Below, in pieces: positions 48,248 to 60,650 of a stretch of DNA of 64,000 bases. The notes below the pieces were generated by a model, which did not search any database, was not told where the DNA came from, and worked only from the letters and a program-made list of their open reading frames with translations. The stretch lies in IMG/VR virus record IMGVR_UViG_3300029522_000074; one strand, written 5' to 3'. The stretch's first letter is position 1, and the number at the start of each line of letters is the position of its first letter. The DNA is from a virus. Its lineage: Duplodnaviria; Heunggongvirae; Uroviricota; Caudoviricetes. The position numbers and the translations under genes were made by a program.

Positions 48248-49355
48248 ATTATCAACCTTCTTTCTTATATATTATATCACACTTTATTTCTCATCCTCAA
48301 TATCTTCTAAGCTGTCAATTCCTAACTCATCCATAATATCATCACAAAGACAACTTCCATCGCATTCAGCTCCATCATACATAACAGTCATCTCTTCAAT
48401 ATTTAAAACATAACGACTTTCTTTCTGTTGCTTAAATAATTTTAGTACCTGTCTTAATAAATATTCTTTCCTATCCATAAATTTTACCACCTTTCCTTAA
48501 ACAAATTCAATGACAATTGCCTTATAAAATACTCCATCGACATTCTCAATCAATATTGTTTCATCCTGATCGCCTGTCATTATTATTATATCTTTCACAT
48601 CTAATTCAATTTCTTCATTATTAAATAATAAGTCTTTAAATCTAATTTTCATATAATTTACTCTCCGAAATGTGCTTTTCATCTAGTTTTATAATTCTAA
48701 TAAAGAATACGCAACTCTTTCTCTTAATTCATCAATACATTCATTAGGAGTTTTAAATTCTTTAGTTTTTAATCTTGTCCCATTTTTAATTCCACCACTA
48801 ACAGAATAAAGTTTCTGTCCTGTTTCCAATGTAATGATATTAATGGAAACACTCTCGTTTTTTACTTCAATAAAGTCTGTTCCAAATATATTTATCATAT
48901 TATTAACCTTCGATTCAATCTTGAAATTTCCGTTTCATCTTTTCTTAAATTTTTTATGTTCTTCTATCAATTCTTCTAAAATATCCAACGGAACAATATT
49001 TTTTAAATCATCAACATAAACTCTTATATGTTCAAACTTTCCATTCAGATAATTGTATCCACACTCAATACATGTTCCACAATTAAAGCCTAGTTTATTT
49101 TTACATATCGGACATTCCATTTTATCACTCCTATCTAAATTACAATTCCAATACTTACTTATAGTCTCTACATATATCCATTACTGTATCTATTACATTT
49201 AGTTTAGAATCAATTCCATAACCACTCATTAAGTCAAAAGAACTGTTATCTTTGGTATAAACTAAATCGCAATAATCAAATACATTTCTTTCATAATTGT
49301 TCCTTTTCGTTACTTATTACTCTATTGCTCATTATCTAATTTCTTTTCCAGTAAA

Positions 49356-49880
49356 TCATCGTATCATTGTTTCATCAAATTCAACATTATATTTTTCAGA
49401 AATAGATTTTGTAAGTTTCATACTTGTAATAATATTTTCAAACCCATACTCCTCATACAATGCTGTTAATTCATCGAAAAGTAAAGTTCTATCGCTATAT
49501 TTAAGTCTTCGGAAAGCTACCTCTTCAATTAAGTCTCCATTTTTATCTACTTTATCAAGATATATTTCTATATCAGTTGTAGAAGAAAAACAACCTTTGT
49601 ATTTTTGTATTTTTATTATGTTTGTTGTTTTGATTTTCTGCTTTTCGATTAATTCTGATTCATACACTTTTTTATTTTCATTGAGAACATTTAAGAATTC
49701 TTTAGTTTCCACAATTTTACGATTTACATCATCTAAAAGATTTTTTAATCCATTAATTGTTGCTCCCTGTAATTCTTCTCTTTTAACTGATTTCATAATA
49801 TTTTCCTCCAATCTTCCAAAGAAACTCTTGTTTCCTTGCCTAGTTTCTTTCATATTTATAATAGCTTCCGAACCATACAA
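49356..49880 (-). CDS. hypothetical protein
   Basis: 174 aa ORF. Confidence 0.4.
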   Translation of the reverse strand: MYGSEAIINMKETRQGNKSFFGRLEENIMKSVKREELQGATINGLKNLLDDVNRKIVETKEFLNVLNENKKVYESELIEKQKIKTTNIIKIQKYKGCFSSTTDIEIYLDKVDKNGDLIEEVAFRRLKYSDRTLLFDELTALYEEYGFENIITSMKLTKSISEKYNVEFDETMIR

Positions 49881-50278
49881 GTTTTGGATTCATAATCGTA
49901 CCAACATTTTCTTTAACCTGACCACTATCGTTAAATCCTTTTTCAGTCATTTGTTCTGCATGTTTATTACGCTCCTCTTCTGAATCATAATGGTATTGTT
50001 CTATCAGCTCTGTATAAGAGGTATGCTCTCCATTTTCATATGAATGTTTCTTGATAATACTTTCTTTTACAATCTGCATACTTCATCACTCCTTTACTTC
50101 TACATTTAATGTAATCTCATACTGTTCACCTTCAATCAACCGTTCATTTAACACTTCTGTTTCTAAGGGATAATTCATATCATCAATAGAAACTCCATTC
50201 TTATCTACAAAATCATAAACTCCATCTGCCTTATTCCAAAAATCTCTTAATGTTTTTGCCATAATTCATCACTCCATT

Positions 50279-50614
50279 TCATACTTTGCATTCTTTGTAT
50301 TCTCTTTCAGTTAATAGTCCTTCATCGCACATATTTTCAAGCGTTCTATATACAGCGTTTGCTCTCCAACTTGCATATGAAAAACCATCAAACTCTCCAA
50401 TAAGTGCATCTCTGTTTTCTTCACTTTGTTTTTGTAATTTTTCTGCTAATGAAAAATTACGAAAGAAATATGCTTTATACATGGCTGCTTTAATTCTAAG
50501 ATTCTCAATTTCATATTCCTGAGAAACTAATTTCTCTTGAGATTCTAATAACTGTAATCCCAGATTCCCCAATGAACTTCTTTCGATTCTGTTTCCAAAA
50601 TAAGTATAATTCAT
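50279..50614 (-). CDS. hypothetical protein
   Basis: 111 aa ORF. Confidence 0.35.
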   Translation of the reverse strand: MNYTYFGNRIERSSLGNLGLQLLESQEKLVSQEYEIENLRIKAAMYKAYFFRNFSLAEKLQKQSEENRDALIGEFDGFSYASWRANAVYRTLENMCDEGLLTEREYKECKV

Positions 50615-50872
50615 AAATCATCACTCCACTTCTATATTAATTCATCAACTTCAACTACATCAGGATTATCACTAAACCATGAATCATTCTCTGCAATTTC
50701 CTTTAACTCAATAAAATCTCTTTCAGAATCAAAGCAATCGTTGTGTTTCAAATAAGCTACTTTCACCTTTTCTCTTGCATCTTCATATGACTCTGCCTTT
50801 ACAATTCCAACAGCCAATTCTTCAATTCTGTATGCATATAAGTTTGTAATATCTAGCATAATCATCACCTCT

Positions 50873-51202
50873 TTATAATTTTATCTTTCCATAATCGGGA
50901 ATCATCTGAATAAATTCATCTGCATTTGTAAACTGTTTATTGATTTCAACCCAATACTGTTCGTTATTTGTATCTGTACAACAAGCTTCTAATTTAAAAT
51001 CATGCTGTGCGTAAATTGTTAAGCATAATTCTACTTTCTGAATAGATACACCTTCTGGAACTTCTTCAACTGTTGCGTACTCTTCCAAAAAGCTATCAAT
51101 TTCGCTTTCTTTTAAATCATAATTGTAAAATGCCTGTAATGGCTTGTCTGTGTCATCTAACTCATTGAATGTAATTTTTGTATAATCTAACATATTAAGC
51201 AC
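50873..51202 (-). CDS. hypothetical protein
   Basis: 109 aa ORF. Confidence 0.35.
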   Translation of the reverse strand: MLNMLDYTKITFNELDDTDKPLQAFYNYDLKESEIDSFLEEYATVEEVPEGVSIQKVELCLTIYAQHDFKLEACCTDTNNEQYWVEINKQFTNADEFIQMIPDYGKIKL

Positions 51203-51208
51203 TCCTCC

Positions 51209-51589
51209 CTATAATAAATCTCTTAATTTTTCCGCAAACTCTTTCAATGCATTTTCTTTATATTCCTCGTTATGTACTAGATCAACTACACCAGGAACAC
51301 CTTGAAATCCATTTCTCTTTGCTTCTAACATAAGATATGTTTCTTCCTCAACATCAAAGCCATCATAAAGTTCCCACATTTTTTCGTGTAAAGTCTCTAT
51401 TAATTCTTTCTTTGTCTTTGGATTCTTAATTGTAATTTCAGTACTCCAATCCTCATTGCAAGGGTTATCTCCCTGCATATATAACTCAACTTCACCATTC
51501 TTTATTTCTGATATTCTAAAATCAAAATCAGTTCCTTCTGATAACTCATCAAGATACTTTTCTAATTTATCTTTTTTCATATAAATCAA
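51209..51589 (-). CDS. hypothetical protein
   Basis: 126 aa ORF. Confidence 0.35.
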   Translation of the reverse strand: MIYMKKDKLEKYLDELSEGTDFDFRISEIKNGEVELYMQGDNPCNEDWSTEITIKNPKTKKELIETLHEKMWELYDGFDVEEETYLMLEAKRNGFQGVPGVVDLVHNEEYKENALKEFAEKLRDLL

Positions 51590-52675
51590 CCATCCTTTCC
51601 ATTTGAAATTGCTATTTCTTATCTCTAATCTTATCCAACTGCTTCTTTAATTTTCCATCGTTAATTTCAACCTCGTATCCTGATAGATAAGAAACAATGT
51701 CACTTGCTCTCTTATTACTCCGTGTAATACATACAGGAACACCATCAATTGCAATAACTGTTTTGTATGTACTGTTATATTGTTTTACTCTTGTCTGTGT
51801 AATTTTCATTTCCATCACTCCACTCTATGCTTCATAATCAAATTCGCTTAATCCTGTATCAGTTACATATGCCTGTACAGCTTCCACATATGTTCCATCA
51901 AAGTTTCCATTCTCTGCATTATAACTACTTGACTCTTCTTCAATTTCACAATCATAATGTAAGAAAATATTCGTGATCAAGTTTTCCATTGATGTTTTTG
52001 GCTCATATTTCTGTTCTCTGATCCATGCAGCCATACAATCATAGTCACACCATTTCTCTTTTGGATATGTACTATAATCTTTTTCTTCCGTCCATTTACC
52101 TGTCCACTGATCTACCATATTAATTACTCCAATCTTCTAATAACTCATACACTTCATCCTTATTGTCGTACATATACTGATTAAACGCTTCGTAATCTCC
52201 ATCTTTATCAGGAAATTCTTCAATAAATCTTTCCCACATTGCATCTGACACCACATTTTCATTGAATAATTTTCCCTTGTATTCAAGTTCTGCATCTGAC
52301 CATTCTCCGTGTGAAATATATCCAATATCTTCAATTCCGCAATAGTTTGGATATTCTTTCATTGGGAAACTTGCTACATCATTTTTTACTACAAAGTCTC
52401 TTTCTATTGTGCTTGTCATCTTCTCACCTCTTCAATTTAGATAAATACAAAAACATTACTATTCCTTTCCATTTTGTGTTATAATACTAATATAGGAGCG
52501 AGGACTTACACGGCTGTGTCACCAGCCGATGCCTCTTGTGTTAGCAATTCTCTTCTATGTATTCCCATGCTTCTTCTTCAGTTGGAAAAGCATTTGGACA
52601 ACCTGGTACATAGAAGTCGCCGTACATTTTGTAAGGTTTAATCACTCTAACACCTCCTCATATGTATTTATAGAA

Positions 52676-52703
52676 AAAGCAGAGATAATTAAATCTCTGC
52701 TTT
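52676..52703 (-). terminator. intrinsic terminator hairpin AAAGCAGAGAT-loop-ATCTCTGCTTT followed by U-run on the minus strand
   Basis: 11-bp perfect stem seen directly; downstream of gene 52776..53006. Confidence 0.5.
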
Positions 52704-53398
52704 AACTATCACTATTAAGTTATTCTCCATTATCTCTTAATTGACCGCCATTATAGCTGATAATATACTTAAACATTAATATCCTTCCAATCGTTTCCAT
52801 CCACCATTTTTCTGTTCCCATGCAGTCGGATTTAAGCCATACAAATCCTTTTTGAATAACTCGTCATATCTTTTGTCCATCTGCTCTTTGGTATTAAACA
52901 ATTCTTCGTGATCTAAGTTTCCTTTATCTGCACCAGACAACTTATATATTCGTAGTTTGTACATTTTAATCACTCTCCTCATCTTCATCTTTAAAGAAAA
53001 TCTCAAACGAAATATTGTTATCTTCTAATTTACTACCAATCCAATCTGCCATTGTTTCGCTATAAGCATCCTCATCCGTCCAATAAGTTTCTTCTGCTTC
53101 CCTTATAATTTTTTCTGCTTTTGAAAAATTTTCGTATATATCAATTACAATCATAAAATCAATCCATGTATTCAAATCTGAATAGACATGAAATCCGCTT
53201 GTAGGTTGTACCATTTCAATCACTCTCCTTTCAGATTAGGACATAAACCAAGTCCACCATCAATCTCAGGCACTCTTCTATAAGCGTTTCTGTGAATACA
53301 ATCTTCCTGATCACATTCAGTACAATCGCACTTTTTGTATTCCTCGTAACTCATTTTATAATTTGTCTCTTTAAATCTCTCTTCTGTCATCATATAAA

Positions 53399-53812
53399 TC
53401 ACTCCTTTAAACAATCACTATCAACTACTGCAAATAACTTAATCTCTTCACCGGCTTCGCTTTCATCAAGATCCAGATTATCAAGCAATTCTGCAAACGA
53501 TTCATCAGTAAAATCTTCCTTATATAAATACACATCATGTACTATTGGAGTACACCATAAATGCAATCTAATGAACTCTATTAGTTCAATCCATTCGCAT
53601 TCATTACATATCCGTCTTGCACACCTTACTAATGACTGAACAAAATCCTGTGTCATAAGTCCGTTACCTTCGAGCTTTTCAATCTGCTCGTCAGTAACCT
53701 CTTTTACGTTACTCATACCTTTATCCATAATGTAAGAAATAACTGCATTTCCCATTCGTGAATCGAACTCTTCCTCAATAATCTTTCCTATTTTTGTTTC
53801 GTAGTATGTCAT
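53399..53812 (-). CDS. hypothetical protein
   Basis: 137 aa ORF. Confidence 0.35.
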   Translation of the reverse strand: MTYYETKIGKIIEEEFDSRMGNAVISYIMDKGMSNVKEVTDEQIEKLEGNGLMTQDFVQSLVRCARRICNECEWIELIEFIRLHLWCTPIVHDVYLYKEDFTDESFAELLDNLDLDESEAGEEIKLFAVVDSDCLKE

Positions 53813-54064
53813 ATTACGCTACCTCCTAATAATTTTCATCAATACATTCATCTGCTTCACTATAATATTGACCGTCATATCCTTTTTCCATTAATTTTTC
53901 CCAACAATCATTACACACTAATCTAAAAGTGATTCCATGACAGTCTCTTGTGAAATTCATATCATTTCTTTCTACTTCCTTATTACATACTGGACAAATT
54001 CTAATATCTTTTTCTTTCATAATTATTGTCTCCTATTCTTTGTAAACAGTTCTTTCCTTTGGTT

Positions 54065-55072
54065 TTATGCAACCTCTTTTATTTCCTTTACTGTTTCTTT
54101 CCAACAACTATCAATCAGTCCATAAACTTCATCAATATCATATCCATGCATCTTACATCCCTCTACACAAAAGATTGCATATTTAATAGGAAGTTTAACA
54201 TCCTTATCCAGTTCTACTTCTAATACAGAACCACCGCCAGACCAAGAATCATATAACCCACACATTGTTTCTTTCCCAAGAACTATATAAGATTTTGATT
54301 TTTCATTCTTTCGTGGATCGTATTTCCCCTTTTCGTCATATTCTTTATTCTGTAATTCGATTAAATCAAATAAATCAAATAACGGCATTTTTACAAGAAA
54401 TGTTACAGTTGCCATATGTGATGGAAGATTTTCAAATTCCTGTATGCAGCTTTCAATAAATTTGTCTTTGTTTTTATCTCTATCTACATAATATCCATCA
54501 TCCCTATGTACCTGTTTACATGCCTTTCTTAATGCAGTTGCTTTACCTTGCGTCTTTGCTAACCACAGCATAGATGACTCTTTATCAATACTTCCATCTC
54601 CTGAATTTCCATACCAATTCAGAACATTATCGCAAACGCAATCGTAATTCCAATTACCACAATCCACCATGATATTTACTTTGACTTCATTATTAAAATC
54701 CTCTGCATTGTAATAAAAATATGTATTTTCTTTTACGTATTCCCATATCTCATCAAAATTATCTGTAAAATACTCTTCCTCTTCATCTGTCAGTTCTTTA
54801 CGAATATCCTTTTCAAGCTCATCTTCTCCGTACTCCATCGCATAATCCATAGCCCAATCAGCTAATTCATCATTAAATGCCTCCTTTGGATTATCATGCT
54901 TAAATATCTCTTTTAAGAAACTATCAGAAAGTTCTCTTTCTCTATAGTCAGTATAAATTTCGATGCCACCATCTTCATTTACACCCCACATTTTCTTTAA
55001 TATTTCATCTATTCTGATTTTTAATATTTCCATTGTCATATCAATCAACCTCGCTTTCTTCCCATAAATCAA
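54065..55072 (-). CDS. hypothetical protein
   Basis: 335 aa ORF. Confidence 0.45.
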   Translation of the reverse strand: MIYGKKARLIDMTMEILKIRIDEILKKMWGVNEDGGIEIYTDYRERELSDSFLKEIFKHDNPKEAFNDELADWAMDYAMEYGEDELEKDIRKELTDEEEEYFTDNFDEIWEYVKENTYFYYNAEDFNNEVKVNIMVDCGNWNYDCVCDNVLNWYGNSGDGSIDKESSMLWLAKTQGKATALRKACKQVHRDDGYYVDRDKNKDKFIESCIQEFENLPSHMATVTFLVKMPLFDLFDLIELQNKEYDEKGKYDPRKNEKSKSYIVLGKETMCGLYDSWSGGGSVLEVELDKDVKLPIKYAIFCVEGCKMHGYDIDEVYGLIDSCWKETVKEIKEVA

Positions 55073-55352
55073 TCAAACCAGGTAATACATAACCTAAGTC
55101 TATCCAGTTAAATTCATCAAACTCTTCAAGTTCTTTCAACTCATCTTCTGTTGGAATTTCAGCACCCATAATTCGCTTTACATCATTTTCTGTTCCACCA
55201 GCTTCAAGTATTCTATGTAATGTCATTTCTAATGCTCCAGAAATATCATCACTTCCTTTTACTGTGATTGCATTCCGTGACCAATATTCATTACAAAGAT
55301 GAAATGTCACAAGTGTCTCATTTTCTTCTAATAAATCTTTTAACTCAATCAT
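55041..55352 (-). CDS. hypothetical protein
   Basis: 103 aa ORF. Confidence 0.35.
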   Translation of the reverse strand: MIELKDLLEENETLVTFHLCNEYWSRNAITVKGSDDISGALEMTLHRILEAGGTENDVKRIMGAEIPTEDELKELEEFDEFNWIDLGYVLPGLIDLWEESEVD

Positions 55353-55539
55353 TTCGCTTACCTCCTACAATAATTCGTTTACATGTTTCTTTAACCATGC
55401 ATATGCCTTTACCATTGAATCAAATGGTTCAATTCCAATCCACATCAAAACACCATCTCCAACAACTGCTGTTGTCTTTAAACAATACTCTTCTTTATTA
55501 ATTTCCCATTTTCCATCGTATCGCTTTTCTACGACATAT

Positions 55540-55932
55540 TTACCTATTCGTGGGGTAATTTCTCCAAAACAATTCCGTGTAATCATCTTTACATTCTCCT
55601 TTCTCTAAACTTTTCAATTCATCGTTAGAATATTTCGCCCATTTTCCTGTATAAACACCGTTCATTCTTTCTTCAAAGGTTCTCTTTCTCATTCCGTACA
55701 TTTCTGTTGCAACTTTATACATGTCATAAACAAGATCCTTTTCCGTATCAATAATCATAAAATCTTTAGGATTTTTCAAATTATCCAATACATACTGCAT
55801 GAAATCTCTGAATGTAATTAGTTTGTTTGTCGTACACCATACAAGAATTTTGTTTTTGTCTTTGGTGTCTCTTGTTACAAATTTCATCAACTGCATCTCA
55901 CATTCTCCTTCCCAAATAAATAAGACAGACAC
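55540..55932 (-). CDS. hypothetical protein
   Basis: 130 aa ORF. Confidence 0.35.
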   Translation of the reverse strand: MSVLFIWEGECEMQLMKFVTRDTKDKNKILVWCTTNKLITFRDFMQYVLDNLKNPKDFMIIDTEKDLVYDMYKVATEMYGMRKRTFEERMNGVYTGKWAKYSNDELKSLEKGECKDDYTELFWRNYPTNR

Positions 55933-56270
55933 ATTTGTTTGCGTCTGCCTTATTATTCTCTGTATTAAACCTCAATTACTTCCCAAGTCCATTCATATTC
56001 TCCATCGTAAGATGAAAGATATGCTGAACCATCATCACTGATTGTAAAATCAATCGAATCCTTATCTTCTTTATTTGCATTATTCATTTCTTCTTCATAA
56101 GTATTCTGTGCATCCTTTTCGAGAAATGCATAAGCATCATCCTCATTATCGAATGCATCATGACTTGCGATTTCTTTTTCGTGTACTGCATAACAAATTA
56201 CTACATATTTTTTCATATAAATCACCCTTTACCTTTCTAAAATTTCACTGTAAATTACAATTTCCTTTGA

Positions 56271-56594
56271 TTACATTTCTTCATTATTATATGTATAATT
56301 GAAATCTCCATATTTTAATTCAGAATTAATAGCGTCTCTTGTTTCCGTTTTCCAATCCTGCCTAAACAACTTCGCTTGCTCTTTTGGAGTATTTTCTTTA
56401 TCAACTAGCTTAAATTCTCCATCAACATAATCGTATCTTGAAGTGATAGGTTTATATTCCATATTACCTTCTTCAATCTCCTTAGAAATTTTCATTTTTA
56501 ACTTCAGTTGGGATGTACCAATGAATAAAAGTTCCATGCTGGAATACTCTTTCCATTCATTGCAGCTATGTAAATAATATATTTGCTGTGCCAT
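56271..56594 (-). CDS. hypothetical protein
   Basis: 107 aa ORF. Confidence 0.35.
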   Translation of the reverse strand: MAQQIYYLHSCNEWKEYSSMELLFIGTSQLKLKMKISKEIEEGNMEYKPITSRYDYVDGEFKLVDKENTPKEQAKLFRQDWKTETRDAINSELKYGDFNYTYNNEEM

Positions 56595-56606
56595 AGTATC
56601 ACTCCT

Positions 56607-56996
56607 TTACATGTGTGTCTGAAAGAATTTCTCTTCCATCAACTTAACTCTTTCTTCAAATGGTAAATCTCTATTGTTGTCCCATATTACATAAAATGGA
56701 TTCATAACTCCACCATAGCCAATACTAGGAATATCTAACATATATTCACACTTCTGTCTTGTAGTTTTCTGATTCCATTTCTCTAAAAATTCTGCCTTGC
56801 TTCGTTCTGCTGTTTTCTTTATCTTTTCCATTGCATCGGCTGGAATATAATCTTCAGGAACATAAAACTTAATTACCCCATGATTAGAAATATGTGCAAT
56901 AGTTTTATAATCTCCATGTTCATATACTGCTTTATTACATACAGTAGTTCCATTACCCATACAACCCATAAATAATTCAAATTTCTGTGCTGCCAT
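56607..56996 (-). CDS. hypothetical protein
   Basis: 129 aa ORF. Confidence 0.35.
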   Translation of the reverse strand: MAAQKFELFMGCMGNGTTVCNKAVYEHGDYKTIAHISNHGVIKFYVPEDYIPADAMEKIKKTAERSKAEFLEKWNQKTTRQKCEYMLDIPSIGYGGVMNPFYVIWDNNRDLPFEERVKLMEEKFFQTHM

Positions 56997-57008
56997 TTGC
57001 GTTTTCTC

Positions 57009-57368
57009 CTATAATCCAAGTACAAAACAATCTCTCTGATGATTCCAAAAATGTGCTTTTAAATCTGCAAGAGATTTTGTTCCATTTTTCAATGCTTCAT
57101 AATCTGCCTTTACCATGTCTTTTGTATAGTCACCACAACTATAAATAGATGACCGAAATTTTTTACCTTTTTGTGAGTACCATCCTTTACCTTCAGGAAA
57201 AGTATTTTTAGCAACTGTACAAAATGTAATTATCATTCCGTTGTAATCAGGTAATTTATGCTCACCACTCAAGTCATGTAGTTCAATTTCCATTCCGTCT
57301 GGTGTAACTGCTTTATCAAGAATTTGCATATTAATCACCTCAATTCTTATATCTCTTATATCAGACAA
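57009..57368 (-). CDS. hypothetical protein
   Basis: 119 aa ORF. Confidence 0.35.
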   Translation of the reverse strand: MSDIRDIRIEVINMQILDKAVTPDGMEIELHDLSGEHKLPDYNGMIITFCTVAKNTFPEGKGWYSQKGKKFRSSIYSCGDYTKDMVKADYEALKNGTKSLADLKAHFWNHQRDCFVLGL

Positions 57369-58399
57369 TTATCATAATCATAAATATCTGGATAAGTCTC
57401 TCTAATTGTATATTTATTGCCTCTATTACTTGCAAATACGATACCTTCCGTTTCCTTGTTGATGAACTTACAAAGATGGTCAACATCCTTTCTGTGATAA
57501 TTTCTGTTAATAAGCACATCTGCCATATCAGAATATGATTTTTCATAACAGCAATCACAATTATAAAATTCATTTCCTGTTCTCTTCTTTACATAAAGTA
57601 ACTTATCCCATTTCTCTTTCATAGGAAACTTTTTGATAAGTGCTGCAACCACCTTTTCTCTTGCAGTTCTTTGATCATACATTGTTCCATAAGTCTTATC
57701 ATCAAACCAATTTCCAAGATACATATAAGACTGAATCCATGCTCTATCCTTTACCCAAGGTGTATCCTGCATTACATAAGGTGAATCAGTACATACAAAC
57801 TCGTACCACTCAACACCACAATATTCATGTTTATGTTTTACCTTCGTGAACTGATATTTATGACCTAAATACTCAAATTCTGTATCTGGAATAGGTTCAT
57901 ATTCAATTTCCTTTTCTGCCCAACATCCTGTCCAATTTTCGTCATAATCTTTTGCCTTTTCAGGATATAAATCTGGATCTTTATAAGATAACAACCACTG
58001 ATTTATTTTCATTGTGGTATCTCCGTTCCAACACTCAGCCCAAAAGTTCTTAGTCAAGTCTTCCACATTATACTGAAGCTTTTCCTTTACCTTGTTCCAT
58101 TCTCTTTTGATTATCGTTTCAAATTTTGGAAGTTTATTTCCATCCGCATTTGAATATCTGATTACTTCATTTCCATTTTCATCACAACAGATAAACATTA
58201 CATCATCTGCCATTGGTGCATTTAATTCACAGTAACCAAGCGGATCGCATACTGAATACCAAGTTCCCTCATTTCCATATGTATATCTTCCGTAATATCT
58301 ATGTTTTCCTTCAATTTCTTCAACTGTTTTCCAAAGTTCTACATAATTGTCATCTTCGCCTCTATATAACTGAACTTTAATTTCTCTCATACTAATCAA
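57356..58399 (-). CDS. hypothetical protein (Trp/Tyr/Cys-rich)
   Basis: 347 aa ORF. Confidence 0.45.
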   Translation of the reverse strand: MISMREIKVQLYRGEDDNYVELWKTVEEIEGKHRYYGRYTYGNEGTWYSVCDPLGYCELNAPMADDVMFICCDENGNEVIRYSNADGNKLPKFETIIKREWNKVKEKLQYNVEDLTKNFWAECWNGDTTMKINQWLLSYKDPDLYPEKAKDYDENWTGCWAEKEIEYEPIPDTEFEYLGHKYQFTKVKHKHEYCGVEWYEFVCTDSPYVMQDTPWVKDRAWIQSYMYLGNWFDDKTYGTMYDQRTAREKVVAALIKKFPMKEKWDKLLYVKKRTGNEFYNCDCCYEKSYSDMADVLINRNYHRKDVDHLCKFINKETEGIVFASNRGNKYTIRETYPDIYDYDNCLI

Positions 58400-60650
58400 C
58401 CTGCCTTTCTAATTTCCTTTAACATATTTGCCTTACACAATATCAGATTTTCTTTCATATCTTCAATTCGCATATCCATAAATTCTTTAAGTGCCTTATC
58501 AAACTGTTTTTCTGTAATGTCATGACCATAATTTGCAATCACAACATCCATAACTTCTCTATACGAAAAGCCATTAAATAATGTGTCGTTCTCATGTATT
58601 GGTGAGTTATAAGTAAACTCTTTTCCATTCCGTGAATCCGTTTCAGGATCATATAACCATCTACTCATATTAAACCTCCTCTACAATTCCGTTTTTTGCG
58701 TTACTCCAATGGTACTTCTTTCCATTCTCCACATTCTCAAAGATTACTGAATATGAAAATGTTTCAAATGGTGTGAACACTTCTCCGTTGCAAGTTGTCG
58801 GTGACTTCTCTGTATTCCAATCAATACCAAGCTTTCCATTATCTTCATGAACTGTAAATATAGTTCCATAGTTCCGTGTCTTAATCTCTCTGTTACATGT
58901 GTCATACATGTGCACTTTTACTTTGTCATTTACCTTCAACATTCTGTATTCCTCCTTGTAATAAAATAGGCAGCTAGGTATTTATTCTCCTAACTGCCTT
59001 TGCGGTTGCTATAAATTTATTGCATTTCCATCTTCATCATATTCAATCGGTGCAACATGAACTGCATAACCGATTTCTTTTTCTTTGTCGTAAATCTCCA
59101 TTGTGCCACCTGCACAAAATTCAAATGAGAACCGCTTATCATCCGATTCAATCAGCTTAATCAAGTGATCCGTAAGTTCATTTAAGTTCCGTGCATCTTC
59201 TTTTGACTTTTCAATACTTGTCATTTTGCTTCACTCCTTTTCATAAATCTCTAATTTATGTAACAAATCAAACATTGCTACATATCTACCCTGATTCCGT
59301 TCTTTGAGTTTATCATTGTCGTTCTGCATTGCATCATCATAATCTTTATTTACTTTTCTAAATTCCTCTGCAATAATTTCAAGAATTTCATCCTTTGTCT
59401 TTTCACATGTATATCTACTCATTTCCATCACTCCGTTCCCTATAATTTTCAAATCCAATTCCACCACTATAATTAATAATCATTTGTATATAATATGGTA
59501 AAAATTCCGTTCCTTTTTCAATCATATGTTCTTTCTCCTTCCATATCAAAAAATCTTAGTTTCATTCTAAATATCTTGTTGCTTCTATATGGTCAAACAT
59601 TTTAAAAATATCATCGGCTTTTGATTTGTCATCATTAAAAAAATCTCTTTCTGAAATTCTCATTGCAGAATAACATTCATTACAAACTTTAATTCCCTCC
59701 TTGAAATTAAAGTGCCAATTAGTATTATGTTTATCATTATGGCAACAAGGACAAATATCAAAACTTTTATTTGTGTACATAACGCCTCACCAATTTCCTT
59801 TCTAAAACTTATGAAATGCGAATTTCTTGTTTACAAATTATAACAATTTAATATCATCTGAAATGAATCGCTACTTACGTATTCTGCAATATCCTTTTCA
59901 TGTCTTCTTATTCTTTTTTCTAATAACTCCCTATTTTCAGGATGTGTTTGTAAAAATTCTTTATCTTGTTTATATCTTGCTACCAGATGCTTTAATGTTA
60001 CTCTTTCCATATTTACCTACCTTTCTAAACCAATGAAAAATGTGAATTTCAGACACTCATTATTCCATCTAAATAATCATTTAAGCCTTCAAAATAATCT
60101 TCGTTTGGCTGTTCCTGATGAACAAATTCCTCTTCGCACTGTTCTTCATAAGCTGCCTTCTGTGTCTCTTTATAAATAATTTCATCAATTCTATTCATTT
60201 CTCTTGCCTCCAACTCTAACAAACACGCATTTACTTTGCATTTACAGCTTCTACTAACAAATCATGATATAAACAACAATCAAAATTGTTATTCCAATCT
60301 AATTTTCGTCCTACCTTTTTCTCTGCATCTTCCCAAGATAAAAGATAAGAGTATTTACGTTCAAATTCCTGAAAACTCATTATTTTACCTTTACCTTTCC
60401 TTATGAATTATCCATTTCTAATTAATCATTGTTCCATTCACCATTTAACACTTTATTTATTTTTACTTTGTTTATGTCCTGGTCGTTAAGAGTAATAGAT
60501 GAAATGCCTTTAAATTTCTCAATTAACTCTTCTCTTGGCATAGTCCAATCAAACACTCTTAAATATGTCATTACATCTTCTTTTTTCACATATTCTCCGC
60601 TCGTGAAATCATCATATTTCATTTTATTTTCTCCAATCTTTCCTATGTTT

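Noticed and set aside
6868-57573. Minus-strand ORFs nested in other frames inside larger genes (6868..7068, 7159..7356, 11782..11973, 22495..22704, 43808..44023, 46120..46344, 52137..52334, 57361..57573)
   Set aside because: They are fully contained within longer ORFs with recognisable domains or better coding character, so they are treated as frame-shadow artefacts.
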